From Raillietiella orientalis (lineage: Eukaryota), in contig JAYWIR010000011.1 in NCBI GenBank assembly GCA_036172245.1, forward strand, positions 1,736,001 through 1,800,000: DNA of 64,000 bases, in the 5' to 3' direction. Each line of letters begins with the position of its first letter. Position 1 is the stretch's first letter. Positions 37,133 through 49,919 of the stretch are shown here, one piece after another. A model generated the notes under the pieces. That model saw only the letters and a list, made by a program, of their open reading frames with translations. It had not been told where the DNA came from and did not search any database. A program made the translations under genes and the position numbers.

Positions 37133-40100
37133 AGACAAAAGAGAAACTCCATGTGCCGCAGGCCATGGTGTCTGGACAAAAGCTTAGGTTCCAAAGGTGC
37201 AGCCTCTCCTCGTCAGGAACGAAAGGGGTGCGGGCAATCAATCCGCCCTTCAATGACCGGCATTTCCTCATTTCCAAGAGCGCGCCCTACATCCTCTCAT
37301 CCTCCTCCACTTCGTGAGGCGTGGTACCTGCTGAGGGGAATCGTCTTTCCTGAATGACTACAAAATGGCATTAAAGGAGCTCGAGATCCGATTTTCGTTC
37401 AATAGAGGAAGCTGAAAGGGTTCATCGAAGCGAATGCTGGAGATCCCCTCGTCAGGCTACTTTAGTACTTTGTACTTATTCAAATGGATATTCCGATGAA
37501 ACTGGAGTCAAGGGTTCAGCCTTCGAACGGCACCATCCACGATGCCGCAACACCCTCACCCCTCTTCCAGATTACACTACAAGCCCTGGGAACGTGGGAA
37601 GCGCAGTACCCAAGGAATTCTGCGATCGAGCGCTCAGGGGAAAACACGGGAAGCAGTCGGCAGAGCGCAGCCGGCACTCCCTTTCCTCCGCGTGCCTTTC
37701 CGAGGCACAGTAAGGAACTGATTAGAGATTTCTGCCTTCCAGGAACGCTTCGGCGCCGGCAGCTCAGGGAGCACTGCTTTCACGGCAGTTTCCCTGATAA
37801 AGAGATTGGAGATTGGGGCGAGTGATCTAATGACTGCCCTCGGCCGCCCTTTCAGTGCGACCTGGTGATAGAAACCCGTAGCAGCGCAGTGCCGACAGCG
37901 GCACCGCCATGTTGTTTTCGCCGGAGGATGGTGGTCGATCTTAAGATGGGAGAACAGGCGAATTTCGTGCGGTGGCAGGGCCACTGGCTGGCCGCCATCG
38001 TTGGCAATGACCGAGTGAGAACTGCTAGCCTCCTCACCAAAAGACGCTCAGATCTCCTTGGTGTGTTGCGCTGCGGAGGAACGATGGGTGCCGCGAACCT
38101 GAGAAGATGAGTCTGTCGAGCGCGTGTTCCAAGGGTTTCCGCGCGCGTCGGAGAAGCGGCTGCTCGGAACAGCTGCTCGATGCACAAACCCTGCTCCTCT
38201 GAATTCGAGTACATCCCGAAGGGCTGCGAGGATTAAATCTCGTTGCCAAGGTCGCGCCGCTGCTTTCTGGATTCCTCTATCACACCGAGACGAGGCGGAT
38301 GTCGGCAGCGGGATGACACGACCGTCCCCGTGGGGCACCCGCTCTTACGGCCTCTTACGGGAGCCTGCGGGTTTTCGTTTCCTGCTAAATTGCGCTGCGT
38401 CAAACCGCTGGAGAGAGGATGCGAACGAAGATGGCAAATTCGCTCCAGAGAAATGCGAAACCGGCTCGAAAAAAATGTGGAGATCTCCTTAGTTGACCTT
38501 AGGAAGTCACGTAAGGAAGGCAGAATCCCAGTTGCATCGCTTCCTTGGGATTACTTCCACGGAATGCCGGCATCACCTAACGTCTGCAGGCTTTCCAGAG
38601 TTCCGACATGCCTGAACACCGTTTGCTGCAAAACCCACAGTGGCAGGGGAGTCTTCCTCTTCGCGACCGTATCCAAATACCCGGACAACCAAGGCCGAAA
38701 AGACTTGGAAAGTGAACACTCAAAGGCTCACCGGGAAAGTCTTGTGTCCTTCTGCATCTGGGCACGCCACTGAAGACAAGCTGAGGAAACAAACCTTTCT
38801 ATGACAGCTACTGCACGGCTGGTCTTCCTGCCTTGAGGAGTATCCTTATGTATTTGTGCCTGTTTGTGGAGCAGCGAGATCCTAATAAAACTGGACATTC
38901 TGCCTAACTAGATGTCAGTGTGGTAGTCGAGTAGACGGCACCATAACCTGTTTGACCTGCTATGTCCGCCCGGATATGAAAACATTCCTTCACCAGACTC
39001 AGGTAATAAGTCGGTTTCCGGCTCAGTTTTCTGATAGCTCTACACCTTCAAGGCGTTTCCGACCCTCCAAAGTATTGGAGACTGGCTTCGCATCTTCCAT
39101 GCGAGAGTACCACTTTGAAACTTCCCCGCCGAAGCTGACCTTGCGATTTGGGACGAGGAGAGCATTTCCGTTCCACTCCGATCCCACATTTGATGGATTC
39201 CAGATTTGCATCATGGTTCCCTTCCCATCCCGCTTGACGACTCTTCGCTTTTGCTGCCACGAGAGATTCTCCATAAGATGATCCCTGAGCATTACTGGTA
39301 CTGAACTGGAAGAATCGAATAAGCCAAGAGCTGTTGGCGTGCACACCCGCGCACGTCTTGAACTCTTGTCGCACGGCGAGTAACACCTTATTGGCTGCAA
39401 GTCTTCGGTGGTCCTGGGAAAAACCGCTTTCTCTTTGTTCAACTTTGCTGGATTACAGCGTGGCGTCTCACTCTTCCGCAACCATCCACTTTCCCTGCAT
39501 CCATCCATCGTTCCATAACTGTCATCATTTGCCTTTCTCCCGCCAGCATCTCCTCTGCAAACAATCCTCAATTCTGTGCAGCCCTTGAAGTGCAAATCTT
39601 CGACACTCAAGACTTAGACGAAGACTTTGCCCCATCTTTACAGGATCTGCTGCCTTACTGCCTAATGCTAGAGGGCTCAATTCCCTCCCGTTTTCCTATG
39701 GCCACACTTAGCAGCTCCTACATTCGCTCCACCTTCGCTTGCCATTTGTTTTTTTTCCTGCATTCGAATCTCCAATACCGAAGTTTCGCTGAGGTTCAGG
39801 TTCATCGGTAGAAGGACCAGTTCTTTGTAGGTGTCCCCGCTGCGAAACCCAGTCCATAAGAATAGAGACCCGGTTCCTCCTGAAACGAAACTCGCGCGCT
39901 GGTCACACCCCATAGAAGAAATCGCTAGAGGTCACCTGAAACCGGCGTGGAATGTGCTGTCTGCTGTGTCTGCGAGCACCTGCTTTCAATCCAGAAGAAT
40001 ACGCACTCATCCTTCTGACAGACTCCACGACTTCAGCGTCTCCTCCTTCAAGCAAAGACCCAGGCTTTCCCGACCAGAAGCAGCAAGAGGGGATCGACCG

Positions 40101-41599
40101 AGGCGGCACGCCGAAGGAAGCACAGAATTCCACGACCGTGGGCTTCCGCGTCGTTGATGTGGGATTGCAATCGGATATTCGTGATGGAATTCATCGGAAT
40201 GCTTGTAGGGCATTTTTTTTTTTTTTTTCCTCTCAGAAAAGGAATCCATCCTCGCTCATCAAGGCCATCATGACATTTTATCCATGTATGATGATTACAC
40301 AGCTCGAGAAGCAGATGTAATCAGACTTTGGGAGCAACTCCTTCGTTCTCCTTTTAATCATCGGAAGCTCCAGCCATTCTTCCTAGGCACTTTGATCCAG
40401 TCATGTTTCCATTGGCGAGTCTCGTGTTTCTTCAGCAAACGCTGCAGCGGGGCTTTTATGAAGCGCAGCAACTCATGAAAAACGGAAAAGTTTTCCTGGT
40501 CCAGAAAGTCTTCCTGCACGACTGATAGCTTCGGAGAGCACTGAGATGCTGTCGGGAATGTCAAGTGAACTGACCAAGGGGAGCAGTCGGATAATCTCAA
40601 AGCTGGAAAGAAGAACCGCCTCCAAAAGATTCCGAAACTGCCTGAATAAGGGATACGAGAAGGTTGCAAATTTTTACCAGCAAGAGGAAGTGACTCTGCG
40701 AGATCATCATTCTTTAGCCTTGCCGTAAAGCAGCAAAAGCTGAAGAAGGATTTCAGCGTCGGATTGCACCCGCCCGAGAGATGCTGTCGAGATGGACCGT
40801 TCTCTCCGCTCTTCAAATAGTAGGCGAAGAGTCGCGCTGTTGACTGAAATCGAAGAGATTAAAGGACGATACCTGCGGGCGGGAGCCTGGCTATGGGCTG
40901 CTGAACCGCAACAGCCGCATCCCTTCGAACACCTCGGAAACGAAGACCTTGGAGTAGCATAGTAAAATGGAACAACACCAGCGATAACTTTCAGTTTGAG
41001 ACGCCCTCCCTGCGGATGATGCGCAATCCCCGGCATACGGATCGCACACCACGTTTACGGGGGTCTCTTCCTTTGCCCTCGGGAATGGGCGGCGCTCGTG
41101 GCGTTTGCCTCTGTCCAGGAAACGGATGCGAGCCAAGTCGAGAAATCATGCGGCCCGCTGTTCCTCTTTGAGGACACTCACGGCTCGATGGGGAAAGTCC
41201 GCAAGTTCTGTCGGGGCGCTCTCGGGTCGGCGTTCCCCCTGATGGAAAATCTGTGCCGTTTTCACGTTTCTTTGATACGTCTCCGAGTTAGTTAATAGCA
41301 TCCAACTCTCCCCACGACAAATTGCCTTTTCCCGGTTTTGCTGTTGTCTAAGTAACGAGCACCCAAACAAGGAAGAAATCCCCGGTTGCTCTCCTGAGAG
41401 AACTCGCTCGGCCTTCGTTGAAAGACTGTTAAAACATGGAGTCGCTTTGCGCGCATCTGTTTGGGTGTGAAAGATTCCAAGGATTCCATGTGTGGTCTCT
41501 CCCTTTTCTTTGTCATTTTTCACCAGGAATAAGAATTTGATCCTCTGTCACAATCTTGTATCGGAAGAAGTTGAGATTCCCGAGAAAATTCCCTTTGCC

Positions 41600-42680
41600 A
41601 TTTTCCGGTTGCTACAGACGATCTCCGAATGGCATGCAGCTCATCTTGGAAGACGCACAACTTCCCGAATTGCTTGGAACCATCTATGGACTTAGCCTGA
41701 GATTTTCATTTTGCAGCTGGGGAAGCTTAGATCCGAATGTTTTCCGGTGGTCCAGTTCTGAAAACTCTCGACGGATAGTTAAAAAGCAAAACTTTTCCCT
41801 CTCCCGCCTGCTACTCGTCTCATTTATTGCAAAGTCCACTTCAGTAATGAGAAAGACAAAAAACTCTTCTGCATCTGAGGGCTGCCTCGTGATTTAGGAG
41901 TTGAATCAGATCCTGATTTGATCCCCCTCCTGAAAGTCAGTCGCGAGTGCAGAAAGCGTGCAAAGAGCTTCGTTGTCATGGATACACACACGTGTTCGCA
42001 CTTGATTGAATAACGGCACAATCCGAGCAGTCCTTGCTCCAGGTGTGCACGCCCTGCAAAGACCAGGCGGTAACCGCATTTTGCATCCGACGGGACGAAG
42101 ACGCAACTTGCTAATTCGCGTCGGACTCCGGACCAACGTTGTCATCAAAGGGAGCAGCTGACTGTATCAGTCTCCTCAGAAGTTATGTTTACTGAGATGG
42201 GATGCTGGGAGAGCACGATGCACACATCTGTGATCAAGAATCGGCTGGCATCGGTGACAACATCGAAACGAATGCTTGAGCGCGGAATCCGATCGCAAGG
42301 AGTTTCCGGTGGAGATCCACAGCTGATCCGGGAGGAAGCGGGGCCGATGGGGGGGGGGATGCCGAGGTGATTGAATAAGGAATTGGCAAGATGAAGTATT
42401 CGATGAGCGTCATCGAAAGATCCCGATGGCTCCCGGTGTTCAGATATTGCGAAATACAATGAGCAGATCGAACGCGTCGGACAACGTCCGGTGCGCACCT
42501 TAGGGCGTTCACGGTCAAGCACGCTGCGGTACGAACCGTGTATTTGCAGGGCTTCGTGCAGGTTGGCAAGCCCGAGGCACTCATTCTGAGCAAGGAAAGC
42601 ACTCTCAAGCCATGGAAGAGGGAAGGAAACCAAGAAACCCAGCTCAAGCATGAAATTCATTTGAGCCACGTGAGCCTCAT
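41600..42680 (+). mobile_element. Decayed hAT transposase fragment (catalytic core)
   Basis: REQLTV / LRSYVY*DG (cf. EQL...RYV), DPDGSRCSDIAKYN (cf. YDGAxxMxGxxNG) and VHGQAR..NRV (cf. VHCxAHxLNL), in the correct order. Confidence 0.45.
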
Positions 42681-43049
42681 AGTGCTGCGCTTCCCAAACT
42701 GCGCTCCGTGGTGTTCCCGTGGACAGTCAGTAAGCGTTCCGCGAAAAATTATGAAAATAAATATATTTCAAATACGTTTATTTTACCATTTTGATGTGTG
42801 TTTTGTTTTGCATAGTCAAAATTTGAGAATGAATGCTTGTTTTGTTTTCTTAACTCTTACATTTGCTTGCTTGCTTTATTCGTTACGAACATCTTTCCAC
42901 CTTGCCTTATGGTTACCAAGGTATCCCGCCGAGATTTCAGCACTTGTGGAGTGTCGTTTCCGTCATAGGGAAAGCATGGGAAACGCTGTCACGGTGGAAG
43001 ACGGCCTTCCGATAACCCGCAGCAAACTGATCTTTTTCTATTGGACTTC

Positions 43050-43550
43050 CTCCGGTGAGGTAAGCCGAGACGGCAACTGCATCTTCGTCGTTGCGTGGAT
43101 CGAGGATTGTGATGGGAAAAAATTCCAAGATTCAGAAAACGCCTCGATTCAGACCACCGAAGACGGGAGAGGAAGGGGAGGGGGAAGGGAGACCCTCGTG
43201 CCACGCACCAGTTCGCCACGAATATGCCCGGATCAGTTAGTGATGCTCCTGTGGATGCTGGAACAGGCCATCACCACGTGGAAAAGAGCGTGCGCGCGCC
43301 CGATGCTCCGCGTTCCTTCCAGCGTGGAAAAATTGGTTGTCCCAGGCGAACACATTGAGAAAATTCAGATCTCTGTCGTGGGCGGGATGAAAATCCGAGA
43401 TGCCGTCGTTCGCGTGCCCGAAGGGAAACTTCGGACTCGAAGGTGCGAGCTGAACGGCCCTCCCCGAGCTGGTGATTCCTTCCACCGTGAAGCTCGGAAA
43501 CGAAGCTCTTTGTGCGAGCACTGTCACTTTGCATCGACTTTTGCGTTGCA
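43050..43550 (+). pseudogene. OTU-like cysteine protease domain remnant
   Basis: VSRDGNCIF (cf. DGNCLF catalytic loop), LVVPGEHIEKIQI (cf. G-W-G..EI helix) and HCHFAS (cf. HYxS), in one frame and in the right order. Confidence 0.4.
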
Positions 43551-44164
43551 AGGATGGTCCTCCGAGCAGGCCACTCCAGTCTTGAGGAACGAAACCGGGG
43601 GAAAAAAAAAAAAAAAGAATCTCTCTCCCCTCCCCATCCTATCTTCGGGCAAGTCCACTCGGTATGTGCCCCGACCTACTTATGGGGTTGAGGTTTTCAT
43701 AGTCAGATGATGATGAACAGAATAAAATGGAAAAGTCCACTGACACTTCTTCGCCAGCAAGCTAGATGTGGAGCTCCTGAGAATGACAGGAGTTCCCAAC
43801 GCTCCAGGTATGGGCCGTAGGAGGGATTCCAAAGCACCGCCACAAAATGCAATATCCGAAGTCGTCACACTTGGATGGCGGATTCAGTCAGGTTCCTCCA
43901 AAATGGTGCTGCAACAGGATTTTACCCGGTGACTCCGGGACGTTTATTTAAAAAAATGAACCACAAGTCAGAGGGGAACAGTGTTCCCTGAATACAAGAG
44001 ATGCCAGAAAAAAGAAGAAAAACAGCAGAAGTTCATTGGGGATGACCACCTGCACGCAGATCGACTTCTATGAAAGCAGGGGACGGAGGAAGGGGACAAT
44101 AAATAAACATAAGAAAAAAGATAGGAGGGTAAAGGTCTTTGGTTTTATCCGTTCCTTCCTTTCT

Positions 44165-45700
44165 AGGAGAGGCTGTGCATGATGGCGACCTCGCTGATGA
44201 CTTTTTCTGATACAGGAGGCCACCTAGCAGCTGTTCTCATGAAGGCGGCTGCCATGCTGATGGCCTCCTTTCTCTGCGGACGTGACTCCAACACATGGCG
44301 GGCTGTGACAGTGGCGCGGCAGTTCTTTGCGATCACAGCGCCCGTCATTTGGAACACTTTTGTGGCCCCCGTCCTCCGACCCCTGCTTTCTGTTTGTTCC
44401 CCCCCCCCCGGTGTGGTAAAAGAGACGAAGGGCCTCCTTCAAGAAGCCCTTTGGGGCAGTGGGAGGTCCCGAGTCCTAGTAAAAGACTTGTGCGCTCCTC
44501 GTCGCGATGCAGGACTTGGACTCTTGACGTTGGAGCGCGTGGAAGTTCAACTGAACTTAAGAAGACTGGCCTCCGTGGCACAGAACTGGGCCACCCATTG
44601 GTGAGTCCCTACACGCTCGCTCTCCGGTTGGCGGTCGGTGGCGAAGGACTCGTAGCCCTGCTTGAGCGTCACCACCTCCGGCTCCTATCTTGAGGCTTTC
44701 CCCTCCGGTGTGTCGCTAATCTGATGAAAGCGAACACGTGGATTTCCTGCCGCCCCGCGAACACTCCGTCCTGGAAGCAGGATCAAGTGAGGACTTGGAT
44801 CCAGCTCATTCTGGTCCCGTCGGAAGTCACCTGATGCCGAGAGTTTCGGAAGAACAGCGGAGGTGGTGGGCAGTGAGCTGACTACGCTGGCTTACCCACC
44901 AGCCACCCCCTTCGCCTCAGCGGTGTCCGGCACCTGCCCACCGGCGAAGCGGGAGGTTTCCTGAGAGATCTCGGCCCGCAGAAGGCCCACAGTGGCTGGA
45001 CTACGCGAAAGCTGCCTGAAACAGCAACAGCAAGAACCGGCTCCAAAGGACTGGAAAGTGGAAGCGGAATATTCTCCATTCAGCCCGAAAAGTTAGAAGG
45101 GAGAAGGGCGTAGGGTGGATCCGATGAGATCCCAGGAGATTCTGGCGCAGCCCACGATTCTGACGGACAGTTCCACTCTTCCCCGGAATCGGCACTGGTG
45201 ACGTTTAACTGGGGAAGGGGGTGGGGGCTGGGGGAATCCCATGCAACGCCTGCCGGTGTCATTGGTCCGGGGGGAAGGCGGGCTCGAACTGAGACAGGTG
45301 TGTGCGAAGAAACCAAGTCCTGCCACGTGGACTGCGTTGCCTTCTGATCCTCCGGGGACGTCCTTGCCACGACCCTCTGCATCACCGGAGACAACCCCAG
45401 AGATACCATAAACCGCCCTTCGCGCGAGGATGCAGCCGCGCACCGTTGGCAGCTGTATGCTTCCTCCGAGGGATTGAGGTAGTGCTCGGAGCGCCAACGA
45501 AGGAGGCCGGGACGACGGGAGGTCCATTCGCTTCGCCATTTGCCACTTCCGGATCACCTCATCCGGAAGAAGACATTCGGATGGAGCTCGCAGAGAACGC
45601 AGAAGTATCCGCAGCAGGCAACGACCCCTTCCCGAACCTTCCCAACTCGACGTTCCCCATTTATCTATTTGTATTTTTGTTCGCTTCCCTCCCCTCCGTT
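44165..45700 (+). mobile_element. Decayed Tx1/L1-like LINE ORF2 fragment
   Basis: LLQEALWGSGRSRVLVKDLCAPRRDAGLGL is the post-RT FLW.G...LC.P...GGLG motif; T-rich/C-rich tail at ~45660. Confidence 0.6.
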
Positions 45701-47399
45701 GCTCGGAAGGACCTCTCAGAGTTCCATGCCGGCATCTCGGCGTCTTCCCCGGCGAATGTGGAAGTGGCCAGACGTGGAGTCCTGCCACCGGTGTTTTTTA
45801 GGGGAGAGAGGATGGGGGTGGGATGTTTATCGGTATCAGGGAACACCTCGGACACCCTGGAGAAACGGAGCGATAGACCCCGAATTAGGAGGCTCCACTA
45901 TTTACCTGCTTCTCTCGAAGGCTCTTCAGGGGATTTGGATGCAGGAAGGAATGATGGAGCTCACGAAGATTTTGCTTGCCAGCCTCCCCCCCTTCTCTCT
46001 CTCCCATCCCCCATCCCGAAAAGATGGCCTCGGAGGTGCCTCTGAACCCGCGGAACTCACGACGCGAAAGGGAAGGGAAAATCGGGGTGGATGATGTCCC
46101 GGGATCGCATTGGTTTCGTGGGGGATGCAGGTCCGAAGGAGAGCCATCTTCCTCGTGGGAAGCCTACCGGCAAGAAAAGTCCTTCCGCGTTCCACGGACC
46201 GCGCGCACGTCGTGATCCGAGCGGTGAACTCTCCAAGGCACCTCTTCTTGCGAAGCACCCGGCAGGCGGAGGAAGAAAATCTCCCTCCCCGCCCTCCCCC
46301 CAATCCACGAGTGCCTCTCGAATTGTGAACCTCCGAAACCGGAAAACTTCAGGTCCGCACGTGCGCGCGTGCTTCTTTTTCCGCACCAGGTTACTTACCT
46401 CTTCCAGGATGCCGGAGAATGGACGTCCGTCCGTTGCACGCCTCTCGGGTTCCCTCGGCAGCGGGCACGGGGTGGCGATTGCCGATACCCAGCTCGGGAG
46501 CACTCGCAGAGAGCTTCGGCTCCACGTCCGCCATGCGGGTGACACGAGCCGCGGGGGATCAGTCCCGAAGGACGACCGGTGACGTCATAGCCAGCGCAGC
46601 CCTCGGTCGGAGGGAAGGGGGGGGGGGAGGGGAGAAGATGGCAATCGACTTCCGTGGCAACTTCAGAAGCATCGGCTGTCCAGACCTCCCCACTCTCCCG
46701 CATGCTTTGGATGCCGATCCGCTCCCGAATTCCTCTGTGCGAAATGGACCAGGATGATGACACTTAACTGTAGCCGGCAGCGGAGGTCCTTTAGTCACTC
46801 GATCTCATTGCGTGGGTCCGCTAATTGGTCGTATAATCTCAGTCCCGGGTCGCGGCGCGGCCTGCTGAACGCTCGGCAATCAGCGGCGATTATCTGGCAA
46901 ATGTCCGGGAAAATGGAACCGGGGATGCGGGCTGCTCAAGGCTCCGGAGCGCTGCATGCGCGCTCCCCCGGGCCGCTCATCCCACGGTACTGCGGATGGG
47001 GACCGCGCACCCGGCACGCCTCGCACTTCAACCTAATTAACCTGCGCTTTTACCGAATAGCCTGGATGCAGATGAACGCCCTCCCTGACAAGGGCGCCCC
47101 GGGAAGATGATTTATGTGACAGGGGTGCGTTCCCCAGGACGCGGTTGCCACGAATCGCACTTGGCGTTCGCGAAAGGCCAGCACGCTTTCGGCACACGTC
47201 CAAATATCCTCCCTCGCCTTCCCCCCTCCATCGATGGGGAAGTAGCATCTCCTGTGAAGGAATTACGGCAATTGCGACTGACAGCGCTGCGTCTCATCGC
47301 ACGTGAAACGAGACCCTCCCGTTCCGCGGAACGCGGAACTTCGTTTCCTTGCCGACCGGTTGTTGACGTGAGACGCCGATCACGACTCTCTGGCACGAC

Positions 47400-47750
47400 T
47401 TATTGGAACCCGCTAGGGCATCCCTCGTCCCCCTTCCCCCCGCCTTCTTCCCTTTGAGGGATGTGCTCAGTGGAAAGGCTGCGTTGGGGTGTCTACGTGA
47501 ATACCCCGCACATTCAGCAACACTTGTTCCTCCCCCCCCCCTCTTGGGCCATGATGGTGCAGATGACCGCTGGTGGAAGAGGGCTGCTCTCGCATGCCTC
47601 AGGTCACAGAGACGAGATCTTCGCGCCCCATGCGCTTGACTTCTGGCCTTCAGGCGCTGCCCATGCTGACGCTCGCACAGAGGTGTTCAGGGAGTTCCAT
47701 TCTCCAGTCCAGGAGGGCGAGAGAAGGGGATTCCGGTCTGAGTCGGTGAT
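47400..47750 (+). mobile_element. Probable LINE ORF2 fragment
   Basis: DRWWKRAAL and VFREFHSP resemble RRWW (44860) and LREILEHP/LREIVSHP (54980, 56280). Confidence 0.35.
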
Positions 47751-47992
47751 GACATTTACACTTTCAAAGGAGAAACTTGTTTTCCCCCTTCGAGACGGAA
47801 CGCTGCGATGGAATCCTGCGAGGTCTCAAAGGGCTTAGGGCACCAGAGGTCTCGGGGAAGTTCGGGAAAGAAGTCAGAACGTCTGTGGGAGGTCGTACCT
47901 GCGTTCCCACTTGCTTCAGAACCTCGCTCTAGGCAATGACTGCGACACGGGAAGCAGGGATAAATCTCCGTCGAAGCGCGAGCGAAGGGACC

Positions 47993-49919
47993 TGCTGGCG
48001 GCGTTCTCGTCCGCAGCCGCCAACCTCGTCGCCGAGGCGGCAGGGGTGGGTCTCCCGAGGGCGGGAAATCGATTGGGCCTCCTCTTCGTACAAAGAAGAG
48101 ATCGCAAAGCACTTCCGGACGCGAGATGACCCTTCGAGGGAACCCGGAAGCGTTCGTTCCCGATCTGGAGAACAGACCGCGCGCGTGCCATGACTCCGTG
48201 TTCGAGTACCGAGCAGATTCCGTGCGCTGGACCCTCGCAAGGCCTCCAGGATAGCAAGAGCCGACGGCCGACGATCGAACCGTCCGCAAGCCCTCCGATC
48301 CCCTTCGCCCACGCCTCGGAGGACCCGAGCTGGTTGCTTGGAGAGCCATTCGGCATGCAGAGAACGTGACGCGAGCCTCTGCCGCGGACAACTCCGCAGC
48401 AGAGGTTCTCGGCGCGAGAATCGGCTTCCGGTTCGACTCAAAAGAGAGAGAGGGGGGCGTTGCTCCTGGCAACGCGGCAGTTCGGTCGCGCGGCTCGGTT
48501 GCGGGATTTCGAGGCGGACCCCGGGACGGTGAGCTGCCCGAGCTCCTCGAGCCGGGCGTCGCCACCGATCCCGCGAGGTGGCGGCTGGGCCGCCGGGGAG
48601 CGGAAAAAGAAGCCCGGTGGAACCCTGCCGAGGGCCTGGTCCCTGAGGGCGGATACGGCGAGTTCTGCCGCGGGGACGGGTGCCCGTCCTTCCTCTGACG
48701 TCTGCTCCCGGCCCGTTCTTCTTCATCGGAACCCGTTTATCGGCGCTGTTCGAATGACCGACCGTTGCGGGTTTTCCCTGGTCTGGATGCTGGACGAGAA
48801 ACTTCCTTCGCTCTCGGTAAGATGATCTCGGACGTGGGATTCTGACTGCGGGAGCGCCGCGACTCGTTCGTCCCGCCTCGGAAGATGCCTGCTCTCTCCG
48901 CTGCGGCGACCGTGACTGAAAAGCGAGGATCCTCTCTTCGCTCCGGAGCGCGCGGGAAACCATGGAAACGGCTCAGAGGCGTTGCGAGAGGAGGGCGTCC
49001 TCAAATGCGCAAGAGAATCACCGCTGAGCTGCAGTTTCGTCGTTCTTCCAGGGTCCTTCCCGCGCGTATCCGCTCTTCGTCCCTCTCGCTCGGGAGCGAC
49101 AGGAGGGCGCTCTGCGGAACTTCATGGCGGGGATCCGTGGCAACGAGAAGATGAAGGAGGCTTGATCCCCACGTGGAAGGAAGGGGGGTAGGGAATGGCG
49201 GTTCGCTTCGGTCGCGAAATGGACCGCCGGGCTCGCTGTTTTTCAGGGCTGTCCTGCCGTCACCTTTGCCTATCGCGGCGGTTCTGGCGCTCTCAAGAAT
49301 GGCGGGGGCGGAGGTTCCCCAGACGGATGCGCCGGATGCATCTCGACCGTGGTGGAGCCTCTCGCCTCCGGCAAGCGGAGGAACCTCCTCGGCGGGAACC
49401 GTCGGCTGGCGGTCACCTCGACCTGCACTCCACTCTTTCCCGGCGGAGGTGGATTCGCTCACGTGCGAGTTGTTCCCCCCGAGGGTACGAACATCGCGGC
49501 AACGCGCGCGAGTGCACCGCATCTCCGAACAGATGGTCCGGATGCTGGATGAGAAGTCTCGTGAACATCGCTGTTCGGACTTTTCCCTTGCGGTCATTCG
49601 CGGAGGGAGACGAGACCGTTGAAGAATGCGTGACCTCGTTCCCGGCTGCGGAAAGCGAGTGAGTGGCACGCTCGGCGGGAGGCGGTCCATGCGCAGGTGA
49701 ATGGCGGGATCCGGGATCGAGAGGGTGGTCGCGGCATCGGGATCGAGGGACTGAAGAGTTCCTCCCGAGTGGACTTTTGCCTGGTTCCTCGCGATGGGGC
49801 GGCGGCGGCGGTGGGGCACCTTACGGAGATGAGCAGTGCAGAGTTGCTGCAGCCTCGTAAAGTTCAAAGTCTCGAATCTCGGGAGTCTCTCGAACGAAGG
49901 ACGATGCCGAAGAGGGAGG
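47993..49919 (-). repeat. 1.93-kb inverted duplication, copy B (decayed LRR sequence)
   Basis: Reverse complement of 607-2533; near-identical ORF translations in the mirrored track. Confidence 0.97.

Noticed and set aside
38900..39900. LINE endonuclease relic (TCYVRP, PTF)
   Set aside because: Diagnostic GDFN and SDH motifs are not seen.
42538..43710. 390-aa ORF as a functional gene
   Set aside because: Spans a hAT relic, an AT-rich non-coding-like segment and a poly-A run; only the OTU-like part is kept.
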